DNA from: Octopus vulgaris
Lineage: Eukaryota
Length of the DNA: 64,000 bases
Assembly: GCA_951406725.2 (NCBI GenBank)
Contig: OX597819.1
Coordinates: 88,722,001-88,786,000 of the forward strand
Reading direction: 5' to 3'
A program made the translations under genes and the position numbers. Position 1 is the stretch's first letter. Every line of letters starts with the position of its first letter. The notes beneath the pieces were generated by a model. The model made no database searches, was not told the origin of the DNA, and saw only the letters and a program-made list of their open reading frames with translations. Positions 14,073 to 27,594 of this stretch are shown here, piece after piece.

Positions 14073-15023
14073 GTAGTAGTAATAATAATAAACATCCTTA
14101 CATTTTTATTTTTCATTTATTTATTTAGTTTATTTTTTTTTAATTCAAAGGAGCTGTATAGCAATTCCTTATAATAATGATGTCTGTGGTTAAAAGTTAG
14201 TAATGTATCTACTCCCTTGGTTACAAAGGTGAACAGAAAATATGGGTGTTCTTACAACAGGGAGAAACCCTATCATAAAAGAATGTTAACATTAGGTGGG
14301 GCTGGCGTATTCTTATCCCTTAGATATAATAATACCTAAAGATATAAATTCAGCAGCATATTTCTGTGGGTCTTCCAACTACACTGTGGTAACTTTTATG
14401 AGAGCTCCGAAGAAGAAGAAGAGAGAGAGGGGGGGGGAGTTATTTGCTGTTATTTTTTTTTATCATATTAGAATTTGCTGTAAAGAATTAACATTATGGA
14501 ACTGGTAAAAGATGAGAAGAAAAAGTGTAATATTTAATAAGAGGGGTTTTTTTTAACAGGAAAAAACAAAACTAATGTTTTATGCCATAAATCCAGTCAA
14601 AAGTGTTAACCCGGAAGTCCACATTTTTAGTTGAAATATATATATGTGAAAAAAAAAACCAAAAAAAACAAAACAAACAAACTGTGATTAATCACAATTT
14701 TGCATCATATAAATTTCATATCAATATTTCCTTCTAATTAGTTTTAGAAAATCATTGTTCATATCATCATAATCGTTGTCATAATTATCATCATTTTAGT
14801 CAAATGTGTATCTTTCTTCATGTTAGCATGGTGAGAAATTATTTACAATTCAACATCCTTACATTCTTAATGAAATGATCTGAAGTAGATATATATTATC
14901 AAAATAAATTAATAAATAAAATGATAATTATTCTTATTATTGAAAAAACTGCCAGGCAAACCTTCTAATTACAAAGTTCAGAAGATAGCATTCTTAGGAA
15001 GTACTGATAGCCTGTGAATAATA

Positions 15024-15062
<39 letters not shown>

Positions 15063-15964
15063 CATTTAAAGGGGTAAAAAATCCATTCTAACCACAAATC
15101 TATTTGAAAATTAGAAAAGTTTTTGTAGAGTAGGGAGGTATACCTACTCTAAATAGATCAAAGAAATAATAATAATGATAATAATAATAATTCCCTAAAT
15201 TTTGTTTTTAATAAAAATCAATTACTTCTTTACCCTGAAACTTAATAAACTACAACTAAAAAATTAAAATTCATTTAAAGAAAAAAAAATTGTTCGAAGG
15301 AAATGAAGGAGAAAAAAATATAAAAGAATGAATGTGTAAATGAATTGATGCGTGAATGAAGAACTGTCATGAAATATTGATATGCAATTGAGAGAGTGTG
15401 AGCGATCGACTGATTGATGAAGACCTTGAAAGGACCTTAATAAGAACTACATGATGATACAAACTGCCTGATACAATTCCTTGCATTTATATAAAGATCT
15501 GAATATATTTGAAGTCATTCCTGTTCCATCTTTTGGCCAATGCTGTCTCAAAAATTTGAACAATGTTAAAACATTCTGATTTCTCTCCCATCCCCCCTGC
15601 CCCATATACATACCTTTCATTTCAGTCCTATTCCTTTTACTATGCATCTTCATTAACAATAATCATATCACACAGATAAGCCCAATAAAACACCATCATC
15701 ATTATTTGTCATCAGTTTAACACCCATTTCTTTCCCCCTCCCCTACATGCTTAGGCATGGGTTGTTCGGATGTTATATCGATAATAGCTAGTTGTTACCT
15801 GTTTTTTTTTGTTAGTTACCAAGTCGGTTGTGAAATAATAATAATAATCATAAGGTAAGATGAAAGGAATTATTCAGTAAATTAGATTTAAACTGATATG
15901 TAACAATGGCTATTGAGCAGTTTGTACCACAAGGAAGAGAGGAAAAGAGAGAGAGAAAGTGAGT

Positions 15965-16008
<44 letters not shown>

Positions 16009-16277
16009 CAGGGATTGTTGGCAGCCATTGATATTTTTCAGAGACATAAGACATAATAGAACAGCACTAACTAAAATAAATACATAAAAAAAAATATAAT
16101 CAAGAAATGAATAAAATTACAATTGATAACGTGTTTTGTTTGAAACTTCGATAATCAAATAAAAAAAAAAAAATTAAAATATCAACAAGAGAAATGTATT
16201 TAGATACGATTAATGAAAAAAAAAAAAAAGATATCTTAAAACTTTTCTAAATGGTGCCGAAAACTTGATTTACAGAG

Positions 16278-16480
<203 letters not shown>

Positions 16481-16926
16481 ATACCAATGAGAATGATGGA
16501 TGTAATTTTATACACATACATACATACATATATCAAAATGAGAATGACAGATGTTAATTTTAGCACCAAAGTCAAAAGTTTTAAGAAATAATAACAAATT
16601 TAAAATATCTGAATTGAATGGTACAAGAATTTGAAAGAAACAATGAAACCTTGGAAGTCACCTGATTACTAACAATCTTCAGTCCATTTTTCAAATTATG
16701 ATGAAACATTTCTGCTTCTGTTCCTTATTCCATACTGCACTCGCTGTACATATAAAAGTTAGAGTCTTTCTGAAGAAAATTTACTCTTGACTCCATTCTT
16801 TTCATTCAAACACACATGGACTCTCTCACATACATTTTTATATATAGATGCCATGCCGTAACTTCTTTCCTTGTCATAAGGAAGATGTTAATTTGATTAA
16901 AAAAATTTACATGCTTGTATTCAGCA

Positions 16927-17124
16927 TCAGCTAAAATCAATATTATTTGTCTTCGCTGTGTTAGTTATCTTTTTGGGTAAAGTCAATAAAACTTTTTGAC
17001 ACTGCTTCTCAGCTTTCCCAACTGATGGAGCTGTATTGTTATCTGTTATGTCCGAATGATCACAGGGGATTTGATCCAAGTTATTCAATTTTTCTTCAGT
17101 CTGTGGTAACATCAGCAATTGCTC
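16927..17124 (-). CDS. LRP4: LRP4 probable last coding exon (to TGA)
   Basis: ttttcag acceptor in phase 0; [18 protein letters not shown]...KTNNIDFS*; weakly conserved, so less certain. Confidence 0.7.
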   Translation of the reverse strand, partial: EQLLMLPQTEEKLNNLDQIPCDHSDITDNNTAPSVGKAEKQCQKVLLTLPKKITNTAKTNNIDFS

Positions 17125-18494
17125 CTGAAAAGTAAATATAAACAGATTTTCATATATATCTTTATATATAAAAGTGAAGTTGGGTGTCTGTCTCCTACGA
17201 TTTAGATTCCTAACTACTCCCACATTTTGTGGTGCAGTTTAACCAAAACCGGGTTATAGTCGTGATTCATATCGAGCCCTTCTGGGTATTAGCGCACGTC
17301 TACGATGAGTCTATGATTTAAAAAAAAATTTACCATCATTTTTTTCCATTTTAATGCATTTTTTCGCTATTATATAAGGGAAGTAACTCTCTAAAAATGT
17401 CTACGATGAGTCAACGATTTAAAAAAATTTTACCATAATTTTTTTTCCATTTTTAATGCATTTTTTTGCTACTTTTTGGCTATAACTCTCTAAAAATGCT
17501 TATATAGTTATTTCCCTTACAAACCCGAGCAATGCTGGGCGATACTGCTATATATATAAAGTTATTTTGCTGCACTTGGTAAAATATGTTATTTCTCCTT
17601 TCATTTTCACTCTTCTTAATAGTTAATCAGAGAAGAGTGTGGTTAGGGTGTGGGTTCAATTCTCAGATCAGGTGGTATTCTGTGTCCTGGAGCAAAGCAT
17701 TTCATTTCACATTGCACCAGTACACTCAGTAGGAAATTAGTACCACTGCTCTGTACAAGAGGGATTCTTGTACTTCCATCATAAATGATTTAAAAATCCA
17801 AACACGCTCTGGCCTAATGAGCCTGTAGACTTGTAGATTCAAGTCCAAAGAGGAAGTGGGGTAAGTTATTCTCAGATGAGAAACAGCTGATAGTAATTCT
17901 TGCAAAAAAAGCAATAGGCTTTACTAGAGGCACACAAGCATCAAGTGGTGGTGTTAAACAGCATAATGGATTAAATCCACTACCCTAAAAAAGAAATGGT
18001 TCATCCAGCAATCCTCTATAGTTTCTATCAAATATATATGAAATTTTGAATTTAGTTCACAGACCCCCCCACTACTAACTTTGTGGACCACCAGGGGCCT
18101 GCAGATCACAGGTTGGGAACTACTGATCTAGAACAAGAGTTGCTCCTTATTTGTTTGATACTATGAAAATGAGATAAATACCAAACATACATATTTCTTG
18201 TGATTTACAAAAAAGGGCAAAAAGTTAGCAAACTCAGCAATTTTCCATTAAAAACTTGTTCTTTTCTGAATCACAAGTTCCTTTTTATGAATTTAAAGGT
18301 TAGTGCTAAGCAGTGCTTTCTGAAGTGTTTTAAGCAGAGAATTAAATACGACTTTAAAAAAGGTTGATGCTCTATTGTAGTAAAAACCTACCACATACAT
18401 ACATCTTTTAACTTTATGCTTGCTACTCTTTTTGCTGATCTGCTAAGTTACAGGGATGTAAACAAACCAACACTGGCACAAAGACACACATACA

Positions 18495-18530
<36 letters not shown>

Positions 18531-21500
18531 CACAATGGTCTTCTTTCAGTTTCTGTCTACCAAATCCACTTACAAGGCTTTGGTCAGCATGAAGTTATGG
18601 TAGAAAACATTTGCCCAAGGTGCCTTGCAGTGAGACTGAACCCCAAATCATGTGGTTGGGAAGCAATTTTCTTACCACACAGTCACACCTTGTGCCTTTT
18701 GACTCCTCTTTGTTTGCAAGTTACAACTAAAAGAAATGTACTTACCTCTGCTCTATCAAACCGAAACAATCTCCAGGAATTACTATTCCGAGACTGGCGG
18801 TCTGTATCAATGGTCTCTGTACTTGTTCTTTGATAAGAAGGGTTTGTGAAGGTAAGTGTAATAAATTCTGGTGCAGAGCGGCGCTTTTGCCTGTAAAAAG
18901 ACAGAATCAAATTATATGCATATGTATGAGTGAGTGTGTGTATGTGTACACACACATAATTCCTCCTTCACCCCTCTCACAATAACACCATTTCCTCAGT
19001 TACTGTAGTTGTATGAGAGTAGAGCTGCACATATCCCACCCTACATTCCGTGCATCCAGTAATCCCACCTCTTGGAACAACTTCACCTGTTAAATATCTC
19101 GCACTCTCAGCATCAACCCTTGGCATTATATTTCCCCTGACTGTCCCTTTACTATGACCACCCACTCATGCCAGTCACTGACCCCCACACCTTCTTTATT
19201 GCAACCTACCATATCCACCCCTGTGTTCCTCTGATCTCTGTCTCCATGTAGCTTCTCTCCCCATCCACCTTCAGCTCATCTTATTTCTCATTTACCTATG
19301 GTTTTATTATGCTGTTCTCTATCAACCATTTTTACAACAAATCACATCCTCCTCCTTGACCCACGCCATTTTCCTCACATGCCTCCAAATTGAGACTCAT
19401 CATTGTCCGTACCCTGTCTCCTTTCATGTTCATCCTTCACTATATTCACTTCTATCCTCATCTCTACCATCTATCATTCTCCCTTCACACCCTCATGAGC
19501 CTACATAGCCACCCAGCCATCTTCGACTCTCTGTACCTATTCTCTCTTTAGTGAAGGTGCATGGCTCAGTGGTTAGAGCATCAAGCTCACAATTCATAAG
19601 GTAGTGAGTTTGATTCCTGGATCAAGTTGTGTGTTGAGCAAGACACTTGATTTCATGTTGCTCCAGTTCACTCAGCTGTAGAAACAAGATGTGACATCAC
19701 TGGTGCCAAGCTGTATCAGCCTGGGTATAAGAGACATCAGATGTGTGCAAGAGAGAAGACTGTGCTGGTTTAGTCAGGAGATGCAGATGGATGAGAACAG
19801 CTGTATAAAGAAGTGCCAAGCTCTAATTATGGAGGGTACTTGTGGGAGGGATAGATCCAGGAAGACATGGGACGAGGTGGTGAGAAAGGATCTTAGGATG
19901 CTGGGTCTCATCAAAGAAATGACAAAGGACAGATGCGGCGATTTGCTGTACTTGATAAGACATATCAAGCTTAGTAAAATTGCTGTTTTCCACACATACA
20001 AGCTTGTCTTTTCAGGTGCCAGTGCCACTTAAAAAGGACCTGTGCTGGTGCTGCATAAGCACACCCATGCATGTAAAAAGTACCCAGTACACTCTCCTAA
20101 GTGGTTGGCATTAGGAAGGGCACGCAGTTGTAGAAACCATGCCTCAACAGACAGCTCACTGCCAGCCAGCTCCACATCAAACTGTCCAATCCATGCCAGT
20201 ATGGAAAGCAGACGTTAAATGATGATGATGACTACTACTACTTCAGGTTTTCAATGCACTCCTTCATTGGACACTAAACTCTGCTTGCGAAGACCTGTTG
20301 AGGCAAGTGAAATGGAAATCAAATTTGATAACTGGCATCCGTGCTAGTGGAGCACTAAGAGTACCATATGAGTGTGATCATTGCCAGAGCAACAAGCTGA
20401 CCTCCATGCTGGTGGCATGTAAAAAGCACCATTCGGGTGTGATTGTTACCTGCGTCACCTTACTGGCACTTGTGCTGGTGGCACATGAAAAAACATTCGA
20501 GTGAGGTCGTTGCCAGTGCCACTGGACTGGCTCCTCTGCAGGTGGCACATAAAAGCACCCACTACACTCTCGGAGTGGTTGGCATTAGGAAGGACATCCA
20601 AGAGTAGAAACTCTGCCAGATCAGATTGGAGTCTGGTGCAGCCATCTGGTTCGCCAGTCCTCAGTCAAATCGTCCAACCCATGCTAGCATGGAAAGCGGA
20701 CGTTAAACGATGATGATGATGATGATGAAGAAGTATTTGGTATTATTGATATCAAGTCAGCAAGTATATTTGTGTTCCCATTGTTAAAACAATTATCAGT
20801 TGGTAACAAGGATATGTTGAAATTAATTTCTTCCCAAAGTCTCTGAGTAGTAACTAATTTGATGAAGCACAAAGCAGATAAGGACATCACTCTCAATCAA
20901 ATAGCTGTACAATAATTATTGCAAGATACAAAAAATTTTAATGCCAAAGTAATGAAAGTTTGCCAAATTGCTAAAAATGAAATAGATGAGTGACTAAATA
21001 AGAGCAGTTCTCAAAAAATGCTTTCAATAATAATAATAACGATAACAATAATAATAATGATGATGATAATGATGACGATAATGATGATGATGGGCTCTCC
21101 TGTCGAAGATGACATATGGACATTCAGCTTTTGCCAAATGACTTGTACAAATGATTTGTTTATAGTGATCAAATACATGTGCTGTACATTAGCTCACCTG
21201 CTTCATCAGATCGATGTAGCCTGAACAGGTGTACAGCTTTTGATCTTAACTGATTGGAAGTGTTATCATGTACATTGTTTTGTCTTGGTATGAAATATAG
21301 GCTACAGCAAATATTCTGTTCAACACTATAGATTTGCTTGTCAGTTGTTTGACTTAGATCAGTTGAGCATGTCCCTTAGTGGCTGACAGTACGTGCACCT
21401 CTGATTATGAGCAGAAGTAGTGTGGGAACATCATAGCCATGGTGTTGAGAGGAATTCTTTGGGATTTGGATAATTCACCTTTGGAAACATGGGTGTTTCG

Positions 21501-24500
21501 TTCAGTATCCTTCAACAACCCTTATTCAGGGACCTTTTGAGTGGGGTGGTTTACTCAACTTGAAGAAAATTCTAACTGGGCCTCACCTGCAAGGTCATGC
21601 ACTGTTGATATGAGTTCACCATATTGCACACATATGGTTGTGATGCATGTGCCTGGTGTACCCTTATCAGACGGGTAGTCATAATGGGTATACTGGGCTT
21701 CGTATATTTTACACCAGTGTCACTTTGATGGCATGCATTGCTCTCTCACTCAATAATAATAATACTAATAACAATAATAATGATAATAATAATAATAATA
21801 ATCTCTTACCTTTTCCAAATAACTAAAATAAATATAAATCCCATAATGACAGATAATATGACACCAGAAATAACATAAGTACGTAAATGGTTGGAGTCTG
21901 GAAAAAATGAAAATAAAGAAAATAATCAATTCATTTTCTTATAGATCATTATAATTATATATTTATAATTATTAACCCTACAGCTACACCCAAAAATGTT
22001 CAAAATATTAAGGAACAATAGTCAGTATATTAAATTAATGATGATAATAGTCACATTAATCTTTGATGTAGTTAACAGCCACAATCTGTTGATGTAGGTA
22101 GCAATCATATAACTACCACATGTAGCAACTAACAGATGTAGCTACAAGTTACGTTTTTGGTTGATATAGCTAATAGTCCCATAACTACTGATATAGAGCT
22201 AGCATGGTCACATAACCTACTGATATAGTTAGCAATCACATAACTTGCTAATGTAACTACAAGTCGCATAATCTCTCTATATATAAAGCTGAAGTTGTCT
22301 GTGTATGGCAGTTTTGGTAGCCTTCAACTAACACTATCTCCTCCGAGACCCTGTGGCGCAAGTTGACCAAAATTGGGAGTATGATAGAAGAAGGCTTGCT
22401 CTTCCTTCCGTAGAAGAAAATATTCAAATTGGACCATATTAACACCAAAAATTATTTACATCAAAAAGGTGCTTTTTTTCTATGAAAATCCCTATTTTTT
22501 ACGATTTTTTTACTGCTGTGTCGCCATTTTTCGGTGTATTTCAACCAGAAAAATGTTCAATTAAAGAGAATAACAAGCTACATAATGCAAAATTTTTACT
22601 TTTCAAAAATTCCAATTTTGAAGGGTCGAAACAAACCCGAGCAACGCCAGGTGATACTGCTAGTTTATTGATAAAGAGCAAACAGTCACATAAGCTGCTG
22701 ATGTAACTGGAAATCACATAACTTGCTGGCACAACCAACAGTCACAAAACTGGATGGTATAGCTAGCAGTCACATGGTCTGCTGATGTAGTAAGTAGTCA
22801 TATGCTCTTCAGCAAAATATATATTTCTTTATTGCCCACAGGGGGCTAAACACAGAGGGAACAAACAAGGACAGACAAAGGGATTAAGTCGATTACATCG
22901 ATTCCAGTGTGTAACTGGTACTTATCTAATCGACCCCAAAAGGATGAAAGGCAAAGTCAACCTAACAATGTTTAAGTTGTAAATTTTATGACGGCTAGCA
23001 AGAGGATGAAGACTAAAATGGTGAAGTTCAACTCAGTTCGACATGCTGGACATCTTAAACTCCTACCTGATATATAAAACCACAGGGTGTCCAATGTGCT
23101 AGACGATAGGGTTGCTCAAAAACATTTAGCTACCTATCTCTACCATGTATCTTCTCAAACAAAGTTCTTCAGAATTAATAAACGATAACAATAACAACAG
23201 ACAAATAAACCGAAGAATCATTAGCAGTTCTTTACCTTTAATTATAACAAGAAATTTTAAAGACAGTGTCATTATCATTACACTTTAAACAGAACTAATC
23301 ATCCACAACTTCACCAGACTAAGAAAGACTTGCCAGAATTATTGGCAATTCTTCACTCACTTAAGACTTGATAATTAACATAAAATAATGTTTATTTACA
23401 TCAGATAACATCTACCATTCTCCTCCTTTCTCTAACTATTCAAATCCCAATGATGTAGCCTTTATGTCAGTCACGGGAAAACTGTGGTACACAGGGCTTT
23501 CAGAGTGGCATGCCAATGAAAAATTACCTCGAGGTTTTTTAGTGGTGTGGTCCACTTCTTGAAAAAGGTTGCCCAGGCTTGGATACTTGTCTCGCCAGAA
23601 ATAACATAAAAATTTTGCACAAAAATCACACCCTACTGCTTTAAAAAGAGGCGCATTAGATAATGTTGTCTTTAATACACTATGTTGAAATAGTAGACGG
23701 GATCATCATGGCCGGAGTACTTTTGATCATAAGTCTGTTCAATTAAAACTGAATGAAACAACAACACCTGCCACCCACCCAAGCTAATGATACACAATAG
23801 CATACTGTATATCATACTTAATGCTGATAAACTTTTGAAAGCCTTATGAACTGCAACATTCATTTCAAAAAGTATCTAATATAGACACCCAGTGTTAAAA
23901 AACACAAAAATATATATCAGTAGCTGGTGAGAAATGTCTAGCAGTTTTGGTTGAATTGCTAAAAATGTATTTCTGCTTCATTAAGCATCAACAGTAGTGG
24001 GTATCCATTAGCAACTGCATGATTAGACAAATTTAATCGACTGATATAGAAAAGCAGTGACTAACATGTCACTGGTGTCAGAATAAGGAAAACACTGTTT
24101 TCCTTAGTAAATTCTGGTATTTTAGACAATATCACTTACCATTAGCTGTACTTCCAGTTGGTCGACATAGTCCATTCTTAATTTTCCCTTTTGAACATCT
24201 AATGGGAAAGAAAGAAAATAAAAAGTTAAACTTTTGAAAGTTAGAAATAACAAAGTGTGGAAAAAAAATGAAACTTAAATTCTTTCAAATCATTATAAAA
24301 AGGTTTTGAGAAAATAATTGTTTTTTCAAGCAACACAGATAATTTTCTATATTTCTGATACAAGGAATTTATGTTATGTATCCTGTTTATACTAGTTGGA
24401 CTGGTATCCTCAGCTTGATTGTTGTTGCTTCCACTACATTTTGGCTGATGTACGCTCCAGCCTTCTTCAAGTGTTTTGTATTCAAAATTCCGATGCAACA

Positions 24501-26745
24501 ACTGAGGTCGACACAAGACACCTGAAAAAGGCTGGAGTGTACAACAGATAAAACATAGTGAAAAGCAACAATCAAGATGAGGACATCTCGTCTGACTAAT
24601 ATAGACAGTGTACATGACAGATAATTTTGTTTTTATTTTCTTTAATAGAAACTTATATGTGGTTCTGCTTAGTTTTAGTGCTATTAAACAGTAGATGAGT
24701 AGGATGTCTTCTACTATTGGCTCAAGCTAACCAATGCTTTATGAGGAAATTTGGGAGATGGAAACTGTACAAAGCCATTGTATGTATATTGCGTTTCAGG
24801 TGAGAGGACCAAGATACCTGGGGCCTGGCCATATTCATGAAGACTCATACTCTGCAGCAGAAAGTGTGAAGACCAATTCTTCTAGTGGTGTAAAGCACTC
24901 GTGGCAGTCCTACATAAAAGCGCTGGGCAGCGCCATGCAAAAGACTCCATGCAATGCTACATAAAAGTGTGCATGCAACATCATGTAAAATTGCCCATGG
25001 GGTGCCATGTAAAAGTACCCAGCACACTCTGTAAAGTGGGTGGTGTTAGGGAGGGCATCCAACCCATGCCAGCATGGACAATGGATGTTAAATGATGATG
25101 ATGTATATATTCACACATGTGTATGTGTGTGTGTATTTATTACTTCACAACCCACTGCTTGACAACTGATAATGGTTTGTATCTGTCCCTGTAACTTAGC
25201 AGTTCAGCAGAGTAGATCAACATTTTGATTTCTAAGACTGTGTGCAAGATGAAATTTTTAATCAGTGTAATCAATTATGGCCAAGATATTTAAAATCAAG
25301 TTACTTCAGAAATGACCAAATCCTCATTGGAAATTAGACTTACATTTTCTTTTACCTCTGCCCAAGGTGTAAAATTATAAATAAAAAAAATGTCTCATAC
25401 TCACCGACTGGAATGAGATCCTTGAGCTAAACCAGACTTTTCTCCAGAGAACAACTCGTCACTACCACCAGCACCAGAAACTAATGGAACTGCAGAAAAG
25501 TGAAATTAACAAATAAATAAATAAATAAAATGTGTGTGTGTATGAGAAAGAAAGGAAGAGAGAGAGAGTGGATTTAACCCTCTATTGTTTAAACTGGTCA
25601 TATCCTGCCCAAATATTCAACCTGTTTTATGTTCAGAGCATCCAGATCTGGCCTTTCACATCTATCCTACAATGTCATTCTAAAGATAAGCAATCACATC
25701 ACTGAATTTTCCAAGTTACAAGATAATGCACGATTGGTTCAAAACAATGTGAACAGATAAGTGTTACATTATTTTGAATTAATCATGCATTTTCGCATAG
25801 CTTTGTGATTGTTTAATTTTTTTGAATGACATTGTAGAGGAGGTGTGAGGGGACCCAGATTTGGCTGGTTTGAACTTAAGGTAGGTAGATAATTTTGGTT
25901 AGATATGGACAGTTTAAATGCTAAAAAGTTAAATAACAGTAATGAACCAAGCCGATCAATTCACTGAGTTCAATTAGTTTCTTAGGAAGAAACAGAAACA
26001 TATTCATTACATGAACAGAGAGATAAAGATAATTATAACTTTACTCAGTCAGTGTATAGGAAATTTATTACAACAAATGGATTTAATGGCCCTGACAGAT
26101 CTCTTGTAGGAGAGTGGTATTTACTCTAATATTATGAAAAATGTTCAAAAACCTCTAGTAGAACCCTACAAAGTGAAATCACACAAAACATTAGTAACAG
26201 TGTTAGGTTTGCAATTGTAATTTAATATTATAATTAAATTGAGCTAAACTGATGTTAAGTGTTTTATTGATTTCATCACTAAATTCCAGAAATGTAGAAT
26301 TGATGTTTAACACTTAACTACTCATTTACATTGACCTAAAACTTACAGCGCTTTCTCTATTTTAAACGTGTAAATTAAGTTAATTCTTCTGTAGATAAAG
26401 CTGGGGGAAATTCATCCATTGCATTTTCTCCTATCCTGCAATTATTATTTAGTTACCGAGTGAAAGTATTGATATTGATTTCATCAGTTACAAAGATTTA
26501 ATTCAATCTACAAAGCCTCCACCTCTTTCTTTCTTTTTTTTTTTTTAATACAGTTGTGTAGTTAAGAAGCTCACTTTGCAGCCATGTGAATCTGGGTTCA
26601 GTTCCACCACGCAATACTTTGGGCAAGTGTCTTCTATCATAGCCTCAAGCTGACCAATGCCTTGTGAGTGAATTTGGCACGCAGGAACCTATCATATATT
26701 TGTATGTGTATATACGCACGCACACACAAACACACATACACAAAC

Positions 26746-26796
<51 letters not shown>

Positions 26797-26817
26797 TGCA
26801 TATATACACAAACACAG

Positions 26818-26862
<45 letters not shown>

Positions 26863-26888
26863 TATATATTATATATATATATATATAT

Positions 26889-26919
<31 letters not shown>

Positions 26920-27560
26920 TACAACTGTGTTTGTGTTTGCTCCCCATAACTTAGTGGCTCAGCAAAAGAGCCCAATAAAGTATGTACCAGACTTAAAATA
27001 ACACTTAAGTACTGGGGTCAATTTGTTTCACTAAAACCTTCAAGGTTGTGCCCCAGCATGGCCAAAGTCTAATGGTTGAAACAAGTAAAAGATAAGATTA
27101 TTGACAAAAATATTCAAAATGATGCCACTATACTTTCTTAAAAATAAGAAAAACTCCCTTACCAACAAGACAGGGCCTTGAATCAGGGTATGTTGGGCAC
27201 GCACATTTATAACCATTGGGTCGAGCAAGGCATAAGTGAGTGCATCCTCCATTTCGTATTGCACATTGGTTGGTCCCTAAGAATTAACAACAAGGTAAGC
27301 AAATGAAATACAGCAATTCTACAGTCATGTTTTGGTATTTGCAATAAGAATTCATAAACAACAAAATATTTGATAGGTTACAGGTGTGCACAAGCAGAGA
27401 TACCCTAGCCTGCTACTGCAGCAGTAACAACAACACCACCATCACCCTCTCTCTCACTCATATACATTTAAACTTCTATAAAAAAGCTTACATAGAAACA
27501 CCATACACAGGTTAGTATAAATAGATATATACATGTATGTGAAATAGATATATACATGTA

Positions 27561-27594
<34 letters not shown>

